NCBI GenBank assembly: GCA_041908795.1
Contig: JAYRER010000023.1
Span: forward strand, 1 to 45,932
Length of the DNA stretch: 45,932 nucleotides
DNA from: Minisyncoccota bacterium
GTDB lineage: Bacteria > Patescibacteriota > Minisyncoccia > Phycocordibacterales > UBA12088
Direction: 5' to 3'
Shown one piece after another: positions 44,162 to 45,932 of this stretch; the stretch's first letter is position 1; each line of letters starts with the position of its first letter. The notes beneath the pieces are model-generated. The model made no database searches, was not told where the DNA came from, and saw only the letters and a list, made by a program, of their open reading frames with translations. The position numbers were made by a program, and so were the translations under genes.

Positions 44162-44391
44162 TTGTGCGAAGCCCCGGATGTTGTTTTATCCGGGGCTTTG
44201 TAGGATGTAATAGCACAGGGAGTACAGAAGCGTGCCTGTTCCGAGAGCTAGCAACAGGTATGAGATAATTTTTGCCAAATTGTCTTCATTCGTATCTTCG
44301 TGGTCATTGTCCACAAGTAAACTCCCTCAGTTCCCCTTGGACGGTTTTGTACCCACTACTCCCTACACGACCAAGACATCTCTGTCAATAC

Positions 44392-44421
44392 ACAAAAACA
44401 GCGCCATGCGCTGTTTTTGTG
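44392..44421 (-). terminator. intrinsic terminator after rplL (bidirectional hairpin)
   Basis: ACAAAAACAGCGC-cat-GCGCTGTTTTTGT is a perfect 13-bp stem with U-runs on both strands. Confidence 0.7.
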
Positions 44422-44438
44422 GTTAGGTAGAAAAAATC

Positions 44439-44912
44439 TTACTTTAAGGTAACCTTTCCTCCAGCTTCTTCTACTTTCTTTTTCAACTCTTCCGCTTCTT
44501 CCTTTTGTACATTCTCCTTGAGCACGGATGGTGCGCCATCGACGAGATCTTTCGCCTCCTTAAGGCCAAGGCCCATCACTTCCTTCACCACTTTGATGAC
44601 CGCAATCTTCTGCGCGCCACCGTCGGTGAGCTCGACGGTAAATGTTGATTTCTCCTCCTCTGCGGCCGCACCTGCGCCCGCACCGGGAGCCGCCATAGCG
44701 ACCGCTGCGGCGGAAACGCCGAAACGCTTCTCGAGTGCTTTCACGAGCTCATGGAGCTCAAGCACACTCATTGCTTCCACCTGCTCAACGAGTGCCTTGA
44801 ACTTGAGAGGCACCTCCGCCTTCTCCTCTTCCACGGGGACGGTGTCCACCTTTACCTCTTCAGTAGCCGGAGTCATCTCCACTACGTCTTGCTGTGTTGT
44901 GTCATCTGCCAT
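44439..44912 (-). CDS. rplL: ribosomal protein L7/L12 with ~35-aa acidic N-terminal extension
   Basis: 157 aa. It has the Ala/Gly hinge and the C-terminal domain [27 protein letters not shown]...[12 protein letters not shown]. Confidence 0.9.
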   Translation of the reverse strand: MADDTTQQDVVEMTPATEEVKVDTVPVEEEKAEVPLKFKALVEQVEAMSVLELHELVKALEKRFGVSAAAVAMAAPGAGAGAAAEEEKSTFTVELTDGGAQKIAVIKVVKEVMGLGLKEAKDLVDGAPSVLKENVQKEEAEELKKKVEEAGGKVTLK

Positions 44913-44948
44913 AGTAGTAACTGTTAGGTTCTGTATCTTTATAATTTC

Positions 44949-45440
44949 CTACGCCTCGCGCTTCGCCGCGTACTGGTCGAGCACGATGGCAAACCGCTGG
45001 ATGGGCGAGTTGATGAGATTCACAAACATGCCGTAGAGCTGGTGGCGCGACGGAATGGTCGCGATCTCGGTCATCTCCGCGGCATCCATGAACTTGCCAT
45101 CGAATACACCACCGAGAATAAGCACCTGCTCCTTCTTGGTCTTTGCGTACTCGTTCACTTCCCTCGCTGGTGTAATGAGATCATCGCCCCACACGAGTGC
45201 CACCTCACCCGGAATCTCCGGCATAGTGCCTTCGAGCCCTAGCTGTGAGAGTGCTTTGCGTATAAGTGTTTTTTTCGCAACGTAGTACGACACGCGCTCC
45301 GCACGGAGCTTGCGCCGCAACTCCTCCGTGTCTTTCACTGTGAGTTTGCGAAAACCAACGAATACCATCGACTGCGCCGATCTAGCACCCTTTTCGAGTG
45401 TGTCGAGTATCTCAACTTTTTTTTGCTTGGTAACTGCCAT
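44949..45440 (-). CDS. rplJ: ribosomal protein L10
   Basis: 163 aa. Position upstream of rplL, and the FVGFRKLTVKDTEELRRKLR pattern is typical of L10. Confidence 0.85.
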   Translation of the reverse strand: MAVTKQKKVEILDTLEKGARSAQSMVFVGFRKLTVKDTEELRRKLRAERVSYYVAKKTLIRKALSQLGLEGTMPEIPGEVALVWGDDLITPAREVNEYAKTKKEQVLILGGVFDGKFMDAAEMTEIATIPSRHQLYGMFVNLINSPIQRFAIVLDQYAAKREA

Positions 45441-45494
45441 GTATAGATCTTGTTAGTAATCGAGCAACGCGAGATTGCGTTACAAGATCATCAT

Positions 45495-45586
45495 CCGGCA
45501 CTTTTCATTACAGAAGCATCTTCAACCCAAAACAGTCCGTGTGTCTCTGCGCTGGTTGAAAACGACATTCTCACAAGAAGTGCCGG
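45495..45586. repeat. 92-bp hairpin element of the GCACTTTCT family in the rplJ leader (outside rRNA)
   Basis: CCGGCACTT (45495-45503) / AAGTGCCGG (45578-45586). It has the same size class as the rRNA copies and begins 55 nt upstream of the rplJ ATG. Confidence 0.7.
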
Positions 45587-45627
45587 GTTGTGAAGAACAT
45601 AGTCGTTGTCGCTCCTTGTTCTTCTAC

Positions 45628-45648
45628 AAAAAATGGCTCGTAAGAGCC
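45628..45648 (-). terminator. weak terminator-like hairpin in the rplJ leader (possible attenuator)
   Basis: On the minus strand, GGCTC-ttac-GAGCC followed by ATTTTTTG. The stem is only 5 bp. Confidence 0.35.
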
Positions 45649-45753
45649 GCCGAAGCTGTCTGCCTTCGACCAAAGCAGTACAGTGAGTTACCTCTCGGCA
45701 GGGTTTACGCTCGCTTGTGGCGGGCACCTGCTGTCTTCGGGGCTATGAGTGGG

Positions 45754-45781
45754 AGTATACGGGAGAAATGGGAAATGTCAA
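45754..45781 (-). promoter_or_regulatory. candidate promoter of rplJ-rplL
   Basis: On the minus strand, TTGACA-N16-TATACT, about 300 nt upstream of the rplJ ATG. Confidence 0.6.
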
Positions 45782-45932
45782 AAATACTATCCGCTGCTCT
45801 CAACTTTGAACTGCACGGTAGTATAGGTACATATGTACACACACATCGATATACGCGAGCGAGAGCGCATAGGTCTCCTGCTCGCAGGGCGCAGTAATGT
45901 TACCCACATTGCACGAGTGTTGGGACGGCACA

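Noticed and set aside
45475-45897. 140-aa plus-strand ORF and 78-aa minus-strand ORF upstream of rplJ
   Set aside because: The region contains the rplJ promoter, a leader hairpin and the repeat element. The translations are Arg/Cys-rich and lack motifs.

Overview
This 46-kb fragment has the gene content and rRNA architecture expected of a Candidate Phyla Radiation / Patescibacteria (Parcubacteria-like) bacterium; that placement is inference. From left to right the protein-coding content is: a 2-oxoacid:ferredoxin oxidoreductase (89-2520); a two-subunit [NiFe] hydrogenase with its maturation protease and two HypC-like ORFs (3209-7092); an ABC-F ATPase; a sufB-sufS-sufU-sufC cluster plus a flavodoxin-fold reductase (8799-13042); a PEP-utilising phosphotransferase and a rhodanese membrane protein; murI; several secreted or membrane hypotheticals; an S9 peptidase; pyrH; a yafQ/dinJ toxin-antitoxin cassette; a secD-secF-folD-SEDS block; and rplJ-rplL. 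The notable part is the RNA gene content, all on the minus strand. The rRNA genes are unlinked: 23S-5S lies at 36506-42932 and 16S-tRNA-Ile lies 8.3 kb downstream at 25387-28198. Both large rRNA genes are heavily interrupted. The 16S gene is 2.3 kb and carries one ORF-less group I intron plus a GIY-YIG-bearing hairpin insertion. The 23S gene is about 5.9 kb, roughly half of it insertion: three group I introns (two with single-motif LAGLIDADG genes, one inside the sarcin-ricin loop, one at the classical I-CreI/L2593 site) and at least seven hairpin-type insertions. Reading the insertions against each other shows two dispersed repeat families. (1) Hairpins closed by a conserved CCCRGCACTTTCTA / TAGAAAGTGCYGGG stem. 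One copy contains the GIY-YIG gene and one copy lies outside rRNA, in the rplJ leader. (2) AT-rich arms built from AAAANNC heptads. One copy lies between the hydrogenase small- and large-subunit genes. Other observations: a degenerate tRNA-Thr-like structure inside the 23S helix-45 insertion; a 35-aa hydrophobic-peptide ORF with a Shine-Dalgarno-like motif inside another 23S insertion; an intact tRNA-Ile nested between the two halves of a second, decayed tRNA-Ile; and a TA cassette flanked by 156-bp direct repeats of the pyrH 3' end. All calls come from reading the sequence and from remembered family motifs. No database search was run.
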